A stretch of 63,885 nucleotides of DNA, the filler included, from Octopus bimaculoides (lineage: Eukaryota): NCBI RefSeq assembly GCF_001194135.2. It is 7 parts of 7 records of this genome, joined end to end, with 100 filler letters (N's around TTAATTAATTAA, not from the genome) between each part and the next. Parts side by side here need not be neighbours in the genome. Positions count along the whole stretch, not along the records: positions 1 to 4,863 come from NW_026299678.1; positions 4,964 to 29,011 come from NC_069008.1; 5 more parts are not named here. One strand, given 5' to 3'. Of the stretch, positions 1 to 10,494 are shown one piece after another. The number at the start of each line of letters is the position of its first letter. Positions within the stretch are counted from its first letter, which is position 1. Below the pieces are notes generated by a model. The model did not search any database, was not told the origin of the DNA, and saw only the letters and a list, made by a program, of their open reading frames with translations. The position numbers and the translations under genes are program-made.

Positions 1-624
1 CTTAGCGGTTCGGCAAAAGAGACCGATAGAATAAGTACTAGGCTTCCAAAGAATAAGTCCTGGGGTCGATTTGCACGACTAAAGGCGGTGCTCCAGTATG
101 ACCACAGTCAAAAAAACTGAAACAAGTAAAAGAGTAAAAGAGAGTATACTCTTTTGAAAGGGCTAAAGTCAGACACTTTCCTCTTTGGCCAAACCCTCAT
201 CAACTTTTTCAAGTTTCATGTCATTTTATGTATATTTATATTAGCCGTTGTGGCTAATATAAATATACGGGGGGGGGAGACATTTTTATCAGCTGAGTTG
301 ACTGGAGTGACATGAAATGAAAGGTCTTGTTCAAGGATACAGATCATTGCCTGGTGCAGGAATTGAAACCAGGATCTCACAATCACAAGTCACTCTAACC
401 ACCAAGCCAGACACCTCGACCCATACTCAAGACACACACACACACATTATCTCTTTATGTGTGTGTGTGTGTGTGTGTCAAAGTCTTTTACTCTTTTACT
501 TGTTTCAGTCGTTTGACTGCGGTCATGCTGGAGCATTGCCTTTAGTCAAACAGATCCCAGGACTTATTCTGCACATTCCCTCTCTCATATAAATATATAT
601 AAATCTACTATAATTAATACTGTT

Positions 625-830
625 GTGTTTTTCTCCGTCGCAACATATGAACGAGAAAGGAAAGGGGGTGATAGACGAATAAGGAAGGCAGGGGTGATGG
701 CAGACTTGGTAGTGGGATGATGGAAACTGTACGGTGAAAAACAGCATTTCAACTCTGCATGAGTGTGTGTGTGTGTGTGAATGCACAATGGAAGTGGGAT
801 GGTGAACATTCAATGTTGAAAAGAAAAATC
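625..830 (+). repeat. Unclassified interspersed repeat
   Basis: gagaaagga..ggggtgataga.gaataa..gaagg.aggggtgatg..(GT)n..caatggaagt.ggatggt is shared with about 62090-62370. Confidence 0.65.
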
Positions 831-1509
831 AAACAGCGTTTCAACTCTGTGAAGATATGTATGTGTGTGTGTGTGTGTGTACAGGAGAATTACGTGATTG
901 TTTGTATGTGTGGTTATTATGTACCTTATTTATATATAAACTACTACAATTAGCTGTCATTTCTGACGGCACGGGGCCGGCTAGTATAGGGACAAGCAGT
1001 CTAATTTACATTTATTGATATGAGAAAAGAGAGAAAAAATATTGTGGAGATTTTATTTATATCACAAAATAAGTATCTACAATATTTTTTCTCCGTTTTC
1101 TCATATTAATAGATATATGGGACTGGCTCCCGTGTCGGTGGCACATAAAAAGCACCATTCGAGCGTGGTCATTGCCAGTACCGCCTGACTGGCCCTTGTG
1201 CCGGTGGCACGTAAAAAGCACCCACTACACTCTCGGAGTGGTTGGCATTAGGAAGGGCATCCAGCTGTACAAACTTTGCCAGATCGCATTGGAGTCTGGT
1301 GCAGCCTTCAAACCGTCCAACCCATGCCAGCATGGAAAGCGGAAGTTAAACAATGACGATATATATATATCTCATTTACTGTATTTGTGTAACATTGTTC
1401 GTTTTTTCCCATCCTTGTTTTTTTATACATTTGCTGCTTTCTCCCAAGGAATCTAATGCTCTTAGCTTAGTTTTTTCCTTGGGGTTGGCCAGATTGGAGC
1501 AATATCGAG

Positions 1510-1668
1510 AATAACCAGCCGAAATTGCAAAGATAATCTAGATCTCGACTGAAGAGAGAAAACTCCGAATGACCTATCCGTGTTTTCTTTGTATCGTCTA
1601 TCTGGATATTTTGTCCCTTTCTTGTATCACCTAACTGTCTGGATGTTTTGAGTCCTTGTTCCATTCTG

Positions 1669-1670
<2 letters not shown>
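1510..1670. repeat. Partial copy of the 7261-7480 foldback family
   Basis: Contains the reverse complement of the loop (aaccagccgaaattgcaaagataatct) followed by one arm. Confidence 0.7.
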
Positions 1671-1702
<32 letters not shown>

Positions 1703-1803
1703 NNNNNNNNNNNNNNNNNNNNNNNNNNNNNNNNNNNNNNNNNNNNNNNTGGAAAGTGAAAGAAACCCATCATGTGTGAATATACATATATATATATATA
1801 TAT

Positions 1804-1948
1804 CTTCAAATTCCTCTTGCTACTGTTAATAGAATTATAGTGCAATTCAAAAGCCAAGAAAAAGAATCAACAGATTCTTGTCCCGGCCGACCTGGGCCCT
1901 CAGAAAGGAAGCTTCGCTGTTTGAAGAGAATTGTGGAAAATGAACTTC
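1804..1948 (+). pseudogene. Tc1-like transposase N-terminal HTH fragment
   Basis: [47 protein letters not shown], nearly the same as the 22023-22301 translation. Confidence 0.8.
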
Positions 1949-2025
1949 GTGAGACCACAATTGAGACGCTTCCAAAAAAAGAAAAGCCATTGGAAAACAG
2001 ATTATAGCAGCGACTCCATCTAAGA

Positions 2026-2062
2026 ATATCTGAAGAAGGAATTGTATTCCGAAATATCATCG
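2026..2062 (+). ncRNA. Minimal hammerhead motif, weak helix I
   Basis: CTGAAGA-A-GGAAT-TGT-ATTCC-GAAA-TATC: intact core, 5-bp helix II, AUAU palindrome, AUC triplet; only 2 bp of helix I remain. Confidence 0.5.
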
Positions 2063-2430
2063 GACTATGGATAACTAAATTACAACAGGTATAGAGTCCA
2101 TTTTTGCATTATAGTGCATTGGTGTACCATTCAAAACCTTTTATTTTTCACAGGTAATGTATATTATGTATGAGGCATGGACAATAAAGAAATATATTTT
2201 CAGTATCACAAGGGGGTAGCAAGTCATAAAAGGCGGCAATAGGACAATGGTCATTTGCCCGAACAAAGAATAATTGTTGGTAATCCCATTGGTTAAAATT
2301 ACTGCCCATATACGAATTCTAAACTTTCGTCAAAGAATTCTTTCACAAAATACAGTTCTTAGAATTCAGATATGAGCAGTTATAAAAACCCTGGGTTTTG
2401 GGAAATTACTCAGTGATCATAGGATGTTGT

Positions 2431-2815
2431 GGAGGCGCAATGGCGCAGTGGTTAGGGCAGCAGACTTGTGGTCATAGGATCGCGGTTTCGATTCCCAGAC
2501 CGGACGTTGTGAGTGTTTATTGAGCGAAAACACCTAAAGCTCCACGAGACTCCGGCAGGGGATGGTGGCGAACCCTGCTCTACTCTTTCACCACAACTTT
2601 CTCTCACTCTTACTTCCTGTTTCTGTTGTGCCTGTAATTCAAAGGGTCAGCCTTGTCACACTGTGTTACGCTGAATATCCTCAGAACTACGTTAAGGGTA
2701 CACGTGTCTGTGGAGTGCTCAGCCACTTGCACGTTAATTTCACGAGTAGGCTGTTCCGTTGATCGGATCAACTGGAACCCTCGACGTCGTAAGCGACGAA
2801 GTGCCAACAGCAACA
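2431..2815 (+). mobile_element. tRNA-derived SINE with (CAA)-type tail
   Basis: A box TGGCGCAGTGG (2441), B box GGTTTCGATTCC (2484), tail gccaacagcaaca; 2830-3188 is an exact re-read across a 10-N gap. Confidence 0.85.
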
Positions 2816-3619
2816 TGTTNNNNNNNNNNCAGACTTGTGGTCATAGGATCGCGGTTTCGATTCCCAGACCGGACGTTGTGAGTGTTTATTGAGCGAAAAC
2901 ACCTAAAGCTCCACGAGACTCCGGCAGGGGATGGTGGCGAACCCTGCTCTACTCTTTCACCACAACTTTCTCTCACTCTTACTTCCTGTTTCTGTTGTGC
3001 CTGTAATTCAAAGGGTCAGCCTTGTCACACTGTGTTACGCTGAATATCCTCAGAACTACGTTAAGGGTACACGTGTCTGTGGAGTGCTCAGCCACTTGCA
3101 CGTTAATTTCACGAGTAGGCTGTTCCGTTGATCGGATCAACTGGAACCCTCGACGTCGTAAGCGACGAAGTGCCAACAGCAACATGTTACTAAACTCCAC
3201 CACACTCACTCCTTGAGACATTGGCTATTTTTTAAATGCCATGTCTATGATAAAAATCCAACAAGTCTTATTTGAATTGTGAACTCAAGAAGTTACTATG
3301 AAGGATTAGCTAGTGTGAATCTGAAGTCGTAATTCTCTACGACAAAATAACTTTACTTTCCAATTGTACTATAAATGCTAAATGTATATAAATAAACTAA
3401 TGTAGCAATTATTTTCTCTTCACATTCTTCAACTTGATAATGAAATTTATTTCTGCAATTATGAAACTGCGTGTTTTTTTAAGGGATACAAAGGACAGGC
3501 AAACGGTTTATTCTGCCCCAAGTTTTGAGATTCTTGTCCAAAACATTTCATATGTTTGTCCTTAAAATCCATGCTTGTTCCCATACCTTTAGCAGTTTAC
3601 CTTCATTTCATGTTTCCAG

Positions 3620-3639
3620 TAAGATGAAGCGTTTCTTCC
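3620..3639 (+). CDS. Candidate 20-nt microexon of the HAUS3-like gene
   Basis: cttcatttcatgtttccag|TAAGATGAAGCGTTTCTTCC|gtaagt; only open reading is xKMKRFF+C, ending in phase 1, which matches the phase-1 start of exon 5331 (gives ..KMKRFFPTICDD..). No transcript evidence. Confidence 0.4.
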
Positions 3640-4304
3640 GTAAGTCTCAAGTTATTTTGGGGGTTGATAAAAGTTAGCAACATGTATCGTGTATACATGA
3701 TGCATCGGCACCAGGGCAACAAGTCCTGTGTATCATGTGGGATATTATCTTTTACTTGCTTCAGTCATTAGATTGTGGCCATGTTGGGGCACCACCTAGA
3801 AGAATTTTAGCCAAACAAATCAACCCCCAGTACAAGCGTTTATTTTATTGATCTCTTATGCCAAACCGCTAAGTTATGGGGGACATAAGCACACCAAAAT
3901 TGCTTGTTATGCAGTGGTGGGGGACAAACACAGGCACAAAGACACACACATGATGGGCTTCTTTCAGTTTCCATCCACCAAATCCACTCACAAGACTTTG
4001 ATTGATGCAGTGGGATTGAACCTGGAACCATGTGCCCAGAATTGTGGAATGTATCTCATCTTTGGTCATTTTTACCTTTTACTTCTTTCAGCCATGAGAT
4101 TGTGGCCATGCTGGGGCTTAGCTGAGAAGAATCAAACCCCAGTACCAGTTTTTATTTTTTAAGCCTGGGGCTTATTCCATCAGGTCTCTTTTGCCGCACT
4201 GCTAAGTTACAGGGACATCAACACACCAACACCGGTTATTAAGCAGTGGCAAGGGACAAACAAAGATACACAAATATAATATGTGACAATTATTTGGTTG
4301 CCAT

Positions 4305-4362
4305 AATAAGACTGAGTTTCGGATGTCTGGCGGAAACCTGCTCCGGCATGTCTTCAGTTATC
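4305..4362 (-). ncRNA. Type I hammerhead motif, left arm of palindrome
   Basis: Minus strand GATAA-CTGAAGA-CATG..CATCC-GAAAC-TCA-GTC-TTATT: 5-bp helix I (one G.U), canonical core, GUC triplet; helix II imperfect. Confidence 0.65.
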
Positions 4363-4505
4363 GAGGCAATCAAAAAATGCTATGAAAATGACCGTTAAAC
4401 AAAGGGAAATTATTATGTGATTGACCATTGTTAAGACAAAAAACAGTCAATCACAGTAATTTCCCTTTGTTTAACAATCATTTTCATAGCATATTTTGAT
4501 GGCCC

Positions 4506-4566
4506 AATAACTGAAGAGATGCTGGTGCGGGTTACCGTCCCAACATCCGAAACTCAGAGTTTTATC
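4506..4566 (+). ncRNA. Type I hammerhead motif, right arm of palindrome
   Basis: AATAA-CTGAAGA-GATG.C.TGG.T.GCGG-GTTA-CCGT.C.CCA.A.CATC-C-GAAAC-TCAGA-GTT-TTATC: 4-bp helix I, long helix II, GUU triplet. Confidence 0.65.
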
Positions 4567-4670
4567 ATGGCTACCAAATAATTGTCACATTATATTTACA
4601 GATAAATTCCTCTATTTACATAATATTCAGGTTTCTTTCATTCTTTTGTTGTCTTACCATTACTATCAAT

Positions 4671-4704
<34 letters not shown>

Positions 4705-4707
<3 letters not shown>

Positions 4708-5290
4708 TCGTAAATATACAGGGATTAGCATTGAGTTGCTTCTCCAACATACTGAAAATTTAGAAATAGCAGTCAAAGAACTACTGATTCTAAACTACAA
4801 ATTTTTCTCTCAATGGATGGCGATATTTATGGCACACATAGAACAAAAAACCAGAGTGAAAAGNNNNNNNNNNNNNNNNNNNNNNNNNNNNNNNNNNNNN
4901 NNNNNNNTTAATTAATTAANNNNNNNNNNNNNNNNNNNNNNNNNNNNNNNNNNNNNNNNNNNNCTTATCGTTGATTTTTGGTGTCGCATGGCCAAAAATT
5001 ACCGTGAATTTTTTTAGAGACACTTTCAAATTTATCAGAATATTGGACTGAAGATTTGGAATATAGAAATTTTCATTCTCTTAACCATGAAACGATCGTA
5101 TCCGATTAACTAAAGACTTGTTTTGTTTATGCTTTTCCCTCCGGTTTTTGTTCTATGTGTGCCAAAAATATCGCCATCCGTTTAGAGAAAAATTTGTAGT
5201 TTAGAATCAGTAGTTCTTTGACTGCTATTTCTAAATTTTCAGTATGTTGGAGAAGCAACTCAATGCTAATCCCTGTATATTTATGATTAT
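4705..5290. mobile_element. Long-TIR DNA transposon/foldback element spanning an assembly spacer
   Basis: 4705-4863 and 5132-5289 are near-identical inverted repeats of about 155 bp (atatacagggattagcattgagttgc..), each abutting (AT)n. Superfamily not determined. Confidence 0.7.
4864..4963. other. Artificial scaffold spacer N44-TTAATTAATTAA-N44
   Basis: Identical 100-bp spacers also at 29012-29111, 38711-38810, 53139-53238, 60747-60846 and 61983-62082; the 12-mer is a palindrome giving stops in all six frames. Confidence 0.97.
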
Positions 5291-5330
5291 ATATATGTAT
5301 ATATATATATCCCTATGTGTCTCGTTTCAG

Positions 5331-5487
5331 CTACAATTTGTGATGACACTGATAACACTGCAGATCTGCTGTACATTGACAATGCAAGGATGAAAGGTGT
5401 TGCTGAGTCGCTGCACACCACTGCGAATCAGGTAATCAACGACTTGCAGAAGCTGGAGCAGCAGCGTGAAATGAAGCTGCAGAAGAT
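5331..5487 (+). CDS. HAUS3: HAUS3-like (augmin subunit 3), third-from-last coding exon
   Basis: Acceptor ctcgtttcag|, donor AT|gtgagt; 157 nt, phase 1 to phase 2; encodes TICDDTDNTADLLYIDNARMKGVAESLHTTANQVINDLQKLEQQREMKLQK; splices in frame to 6411. DLLYIDNARMKGVAESL resembles vertebrate HAUS3 ELFLTHGNLEEVAEKL (recalled). Confidence 0.8.
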
Positions 5488-6410
5488 GTGAGTATCTGCT
5501 TGTGGTGTGGAGTGTCTATATATCTCACACCACTTTCATGTGTGTAAATATGGATGTGTGTTTGTGTGTGTGTTAGTGTACGCATGTATGAATCTGTGTA
5601 TGTGTGTAGAATTGGCAAGTGAGCAGAGGCATGTGTTTATCTGGTCCCTATCATTGTGTTGGTGTGGAGATACGTGGCTAAGTGATTAGGGGGTTTTGGA
5701 CTCCTGATCATAAGACTGTGGTTTCAGTTCCTGGACCGGGCGATGCATTGTGTTCTTGAGCAACACACTTCATTTCTCGTTGCTCCAGTCCACTCAGCTG
5801 GCAAACATGAGTAATCCTGTGGTGGACTAGCACCCCATCCAGGTGGGGAATATGCACACAGCATGCCCTATGAGTCTATATGACTCGAGAAGAATCTTAA
5901 CCTTTTATCATTGTGTTGAGGGCAATAAACTGTGTTTGCGAAGACCTGTTGAGTCAAGTGAAGTCGTTGCTGTGATCAATGCCTGTACCGCCTGACAGGC
6001 ACCTGTGCTCGTGGCATGTAAAAAACACCATTCGTTGCCAGTGCTGCCTGACTGGCTTCTGTGCTGGTGGCACGTAAAAAGCACCCACTACACTCTCGGA
6101 GTGGTTGGCGTTAGGAAGGGCATCCAGCTGTAGAAACCTTGCCAGATCAGATTGGAGCCTGGTGCAGCCTTCTGGTTTGCCAGTCCTCAGTCAAGCTGTC
6201 CAACTCATGCCAGCATGGAAAGCGGACGTTAAACGATGATGATGATGTGTTTTAAAATAGTCATGCATCTATCTGATAGCTTTGAGATTTTGTAAGATGT
6301 GTGTGATAGGCTGGATCTGGCCAGTTCAAGCATAAAACCTGTTGGATATTTAGGCCTAATGTGGCCAGTTTAAATGCTAAAGGCTTAATCAACGCTGTCT
6401 GTTTGTCCAG

Positions 6411-6591
6411 GAATACCGTTATTCAGAAGGGAATCCATCGACTTTACCATGAATCCCAGCACCAAGCGATCCCTAATACTGTACTAGTGACACCAATAGA
6501 TGTTGATGAGACCCTTTCAAAACTGAAGGACAATTTGGCTGTCCTGTATAAGGATCTGGAAGCCATTGCTCTTGAATTTAAAAACAAAAAG
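6411..6591 (+). CDS. HAUS3: HAUS3-like, penultimate coding exon
   Basis: Acceptor gtttgtccag|, donor AAG|gtaact; 181 nt, phase 2 to phase 0; (M)NTVIQKGIHRLYHESQHQAIPNTVLVTPIDVDETLSKLKDNLAVLYKDLEAIALEFKNKK, coiled-coil character; phases fit both neighbours. Confidence 0.82.
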
Positions 6592-7120
6592 GTAACTCTT
6601 TGTTTATTTCTTCTATTTATTTATTTAATGTTATTAACCGCATCATCATGATAGCCAACATCATTATTATTATTATCTTCGTTAACCCTTTCGTTACCAT
6701 ATTTATTTTGCTCACCGGAGTCGATATGATCAACTAGTCCCCTCCCCACAAATTTCAGGCCCAGTGGACATGGGACAATGTAATGACACCCGATGCAATG
6801 TGCAAGGCAAAAGAGCCTCTATTTATTTCATCTTGCCAGTGTCGGTGCCGTGTAAAAATCATCCGGCCCACACTGTAAAGTGGCTGGTGTTTGGAAGGGC
6901 AATCAGCTGTAAAATCCATGCCAAACTAGACCTTACCAGTGCTGGTGTCATGTGAAAAGCACCCAGTCTACTCTGCAAAGTGGTTGGCATTAGGAAGGGC
7001 ATTCAATATAAAAATCATGCCAAAACAGACAGTAGAGCTTGGTGCAGCCCTCCTGCTTAGCAGCTCCTGTTAAACCATCCAGCATGGAAGACAATCATTA
7101 AGAAGTGATGATGTTTTGTG

Positions 7121-7165
<45 letters not shown>

Positions 7166-7260
7166 CATCATCATCATCGTTTAACGTCCGCTTTCCATGC
7201 TAGCATGGGTTGGACGATTTGACTGAGGACTGGTGAAACCGGATGGCAACACCAGGCTCC

Positions 7261-7480
7261 TACAAAAATGGGACAAGAACGCAAAACATCCAGACAGACG
7301 ATACAAAGAAAACAAGGACGGGTCATTTGGAGATTTCTTTCCTCAGTCGAGTTCCAGATTATCTTTGCAATTTCGGCTGGTTTCTGGAACTTGACTGAGG
7401 AAAGAAAACTCTGATTGACCCATCCTTGTTTTCTTTGTGTTGTCTGTCTGGATGTTTTGCATTCTTGTCCTATTTTTGTA
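7261..7480. mobile_element. 220-bp foldback/MITE in the last HAUS3 intron
   Basis: tacaaaaatgggacaag..ggtca and tgaccc..cctatttttgta arms plus inner tttcctcagtcgagttccaga / tctggaacttgactgaggaaa arms; about 24-nt loop; TA at both ends. Related half-copy at 1510-1670. Confidence 0.85.
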
Positions 7481-7525
7481 TTTTTTTTATATATAAAATT
7501 ACAGCAGCATACATACACTTTGGTC

Positions 7526-7561
<36 letters not shown>

Positions 7562-7636
7562 GTATATATACATATATATATACACACAAGTATGTGTATA
7601 GAACATGACTTCTATTATTATTATTATGTTTTCCAG

Positions 7637-7771
7637 GTCCGTTGCAAAGCAGATCCATTTCTGGAACTGGAGAGGGAGCTGTTTGTGTATTTCCACACAA
7701 ACCCGACCAAACTGGAGCAATGTGTCAAGACAGTGGAATCACGAGTGGAGGCCAAAAAGATTGCCCAGTAA
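7637..7771 (+). CDS. HAUS3: HAUS3-like, terminal coding exon
   Basis: Acceptor gttttccag|; VRCKADPFLELERELFVYFHTNPTKLEQCVKTVESRVEAKKIAQ then TAA 7769-7771. LELERELFVYF..P..L matches the recalled HAUS3 C-terminal motif (HQMEREFYVYFLKDEDYL). Confidence 0.82.
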   Translation, partial: VRCKADPFLELERELFVYFHTNPTKLEQCVKTVESRVEAKKIAQ

Positions 7772-7777
7772 AAAGTT

Positions 7778-7790
7778 TGACCTTTGACCT
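7778..7790 (-). promoter_or_regulatory. Perfect DR1 nuclear-receptor-type motif
   Basis: TGACCTTTGACCT (= AGGTCAaAGGTCA on minus) starting 7 nt after the HAUS3 stop. Confidence 0.35.
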
Positions 7791-9174
7791 CTGCGTGCAT
7801 TGGCATAGCAGGGGATCACGTAAGGTCAGACGAAGATGTTGAATCAAATCAGATTTCAAGGAATCGTCTTTTCAGTGTCTTATATATGTGTGTGTATATG
7901 TGTACATGTTTGTATGTGTATATGTATGAGTGTGTGCATGTACTTATACATATGTACGTGTATGTTTATGTATATACGAGTATGTATGTGTACATACATG
8001 TGAAGGTGTGTGTGTACATGTGTGTTTGAGTATGTATACACATCTTTATGCATATATATATATATGTATTAGCATTCATGTAATTAATTAAATACCCCTC
8101 CCCTCAAAATTGTTGGCCTTGTGCCTAAATTAAAAACAGTTTTTAAAAATAGGTGATGATTTGGCAGAAGGGTTAGGTGCGTAGCTTAGTGGTTAGGGTG
8201 TTGGACTCATGATTATAAGATTGTGGTTTCGATTCCTGGACCAGGCGATGTGTTGTGTTCTTGAGCAAAACACTTCATTTCACGTTGCTCCAGTTCACTC
8301 AGCTGTAGAAATGAGTTGCGATATCACTGGTGCCAAGCTGTATCGGCCCCTTTGCCTTTCCCTTGGGTAATATANNNNNNNNNNNNNNNNNNNNNNNNNN
8401 NNNNNNNNNNNNNNNNNNNNNNNNNNNNNNNNNNNNNNNNNNNNNNNNNNNNNNNNNNNNNNNNNNNNNNNNNNNNNNNNNNNNNNNNNNNNNNNNNNNN
8501 NNNNNNNNNNNNNNNNNNNNNNNNNNNNNNNNNNNNNNNNNNNNNNNNNNNNNNNNNNNNNNNNNNNNNNNNNNNNNNNNNNNNNNNNNNNNNNNNNNNN
8601 NNNNNNNNNNNNNNNNNNNNNNNNNNNNNNNNNNNNNNNNNNNNNNNNNNNNNNNNNNNNNNNNNNNNNNNNNNNNNNNNNNNNNNNNNNNNNNNNNNNN
8701 NNNNNNNNNNNNNNNNNNNNNNNNNNNNNNNNNNNNNNNNNNNNNNNNNNNNNNNNNNNNNNNNNNNNNNNNNNNNNNNNNNNNNNNNNNNNNNNNNNNN
8801 NNNNNNNNNNNNNNNNNNNNNNNNNNNNNNNNNNNNNNNNNNNNNNNNNNNNNNNNNNNNNNNNNNNNNNNNNNNNNNNNNNNNNNNNNNNNNNNNNNNN
8901 NNNNNNNNNNNNNNNNNNNNNNNNNNNNNNNNNNNNNNNNNNNNNNNNNNNNNNNNNNNNNNNNNNNNNNNNNNNNNNNNNNNNNNNNNNNNNNNNNNNN
9001 NNNNNNNNNNNNNNNNNNNNNNNNNNNNNNNNNNNNNNNNNNNNNNNNNNNNNNNNNNNNNNNNNNNNNNNNNNNNNNNNNNNNNNNNGAAATCATCGAC
9101 TGGTTTCTTTCCACAAAATTTGCTTGCTCGTGTTCAAATGAGAAGCTATTATTATTATTATTATTATTAGTGAA

Positions 9175-9500
9175 GGCACATGGCTCGGTGATTAGAATGT
9201 TGGACTGACCAATCATGAGGTAGTGAGTTTGATTCCTAGTCCAGGCTGTGTGCTGTGTTCTTGAGCAAGATACTTTATTTCACGTTGCTCCAGTTCACTC
9301 AGCTGTAGAAATGAGTTGCGATATCACTGGTGCCAAGCTGTATCGGCCCCTTTGCCTTTCCCTTGGGTAATATATTGGCATGGAGAGAGGAGGCCGGTAT
9401 GCTTGGGTGTCTGCTGGTCTTCCATAAACCACCTTGCCCAGACTTGTGCCTGGGAGCGTAACTTTCTAGGTGCAATCCTATGGTCAGTCATAACTGATTG
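9175..9500 (+). mobile_element. tRNA-derived SINE family C (tgtgttcttgagcaa central domain)
   Basis: tRNA-like head tggctcggtgattag..gtttgattcc; other copies at 5665-5900 and 8175-8374. Confidence 0.8.
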
Positions 9501-10037
9501 GTGTCTTATTATAATTTGGCAGTGAGCTGGGAGAATCGCTACCACGTCAAGCAAAATGCTTAGCGGTATTTCGTCCATCTTTACATTCTGCCGAGGTCAA
9601 CTTTGACTTCCATCCTTTCGGGGTCAATGGAATAAGTACCAGTGAAACACCGGGGTTGATTTATTCAACTACTCCCCTCTCCCAAAATTGCAGGCCTTGT
9701 GCCTTCACCAAAAAGGATTATTATTATTATTATTATTATTTAGGCAGCGAGCTGGCAGAATCCTTAGCACTCTAGGCATAATGCTTAGTGCCATTTTGTC
9801 CGTTTTCATGTTCTGAGTTCAAATTCCACTAAGGTCAACTTTGCCTCTTGTCCCTTCGGGGTTGATAACTTAAGTGTCAGTAAAACATTGGGGGGACGAT
9901 GTAATCGACTAGTCCCCTCCCCCAAATTTTCAAGCCTTCTACATGTAGTAGAAAGGATTATTATTATTATTATTTCATTTGGTCCTTTGTTTTTTTCTTT
10001 TTTTGCTTAATTTTGTTATTGTATTTATATATTTTTC

Positions 10038-10043
10038 AATAAA
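10038..10043 (+). terminator. Candidate polyadenylation signal for HAUS3
   Basis: AATAAA in a U-rich context with downstream GU/U-rich sequence; would imply a 3'UTR of about 2.3 kb. Confidence 0.3.
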
Positions 10044-10494
10044 TTAAGCTTTTATTTATGTCAGTGTTTCTTGACCATTTTTGTTTTGTTTGTTTTTTTA
10101 CCAACAGACCCCTGTAGTCCTTATTTTTTTTTGCTCAAATGGATCCTCGTAGCGATTTGATGTTTAAAAAATCGTATTGTTTTTATCGTTCGGATTACAC
10201 TAAACTCTGCTTGCGAAGACCTGTTGGGGCAAGCGAAATCGAAATCATAATTGAACCAAATTCGGGGCATTGATCAGGATTGAACCCGAGACAATGTGAT
10301 TGCAAAGCAAGCTTTTTAACCACACAGCCATGTCTGAGCCCATTTCATTTTATTGACCCTGGAAGGGTGAAAGGTAAAGTTGACGTTGGATGGATTTGAA
10401 TCCAGGATGTAAAGAACAGTAGCTAAACGCTGAAAGGGAATTTGTTTTATGCTTGACTGGTTCTGCCAATCTATAAATGAAACAGGTGTTAGGT

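Larger units (their letters stand above)
4281..4590. repeat. About 310-bp imperfect palindrome (inverted Penelope-like pLTR junction or foldback)
   Basis: Arms atgtgacaattatttgg..gtgattgac and gtcaatcac..ccaaataattgtcacat, about 145 bp each, about 20-nt spacer; each arm carries a hammerhead. Confidence 0.85.

Noticed and set aside
2830-3188. Apparent tandem duplication of a SINE (and duplicate 66-aa ORFs)
   Set aside because: Identical sequence on both sides of a 10-N gap: unmerged contig overlap. Similar overlaps occur at 8298-8374/9298-9374, 10650-10688/10822-10873 and 33945-34054/34425-34510.
3483-3639. Longer exon in the same frame as the microexon, and a DTKD-containing alternative frame
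   Set aside because: The long frame shows no HAUS3 similarity and lacks a phase-supported acceptor; the DTKD frame hits a stop at about 3563.
4908-4919. Recurrent TTAATTAATTAA palindrome
   Set aside because: Always centred in exactly 88 Ns; assembly linker, not biology.
5430-5437. Internal donor CAG|gtaatc in the first HAUS3 exon
   Set aside because: Would end in phase 0 and frameshift the next exon; the downstream gtgagt donor keeps the frame.
7225-7250. CTGAGGA-CTGG-TGAAA-CCGG in family B
   Set aside because: GAAA lies in the loop of the stem rather than after it.
7316-7425. Hammerhead in the foldback arms (CTGAGGA-GAG-AAAA-CTC-CGAAT)
   Set aside because: Three copies give GAAT rather than GAAA and helix I cannot form; at most a remote relic.
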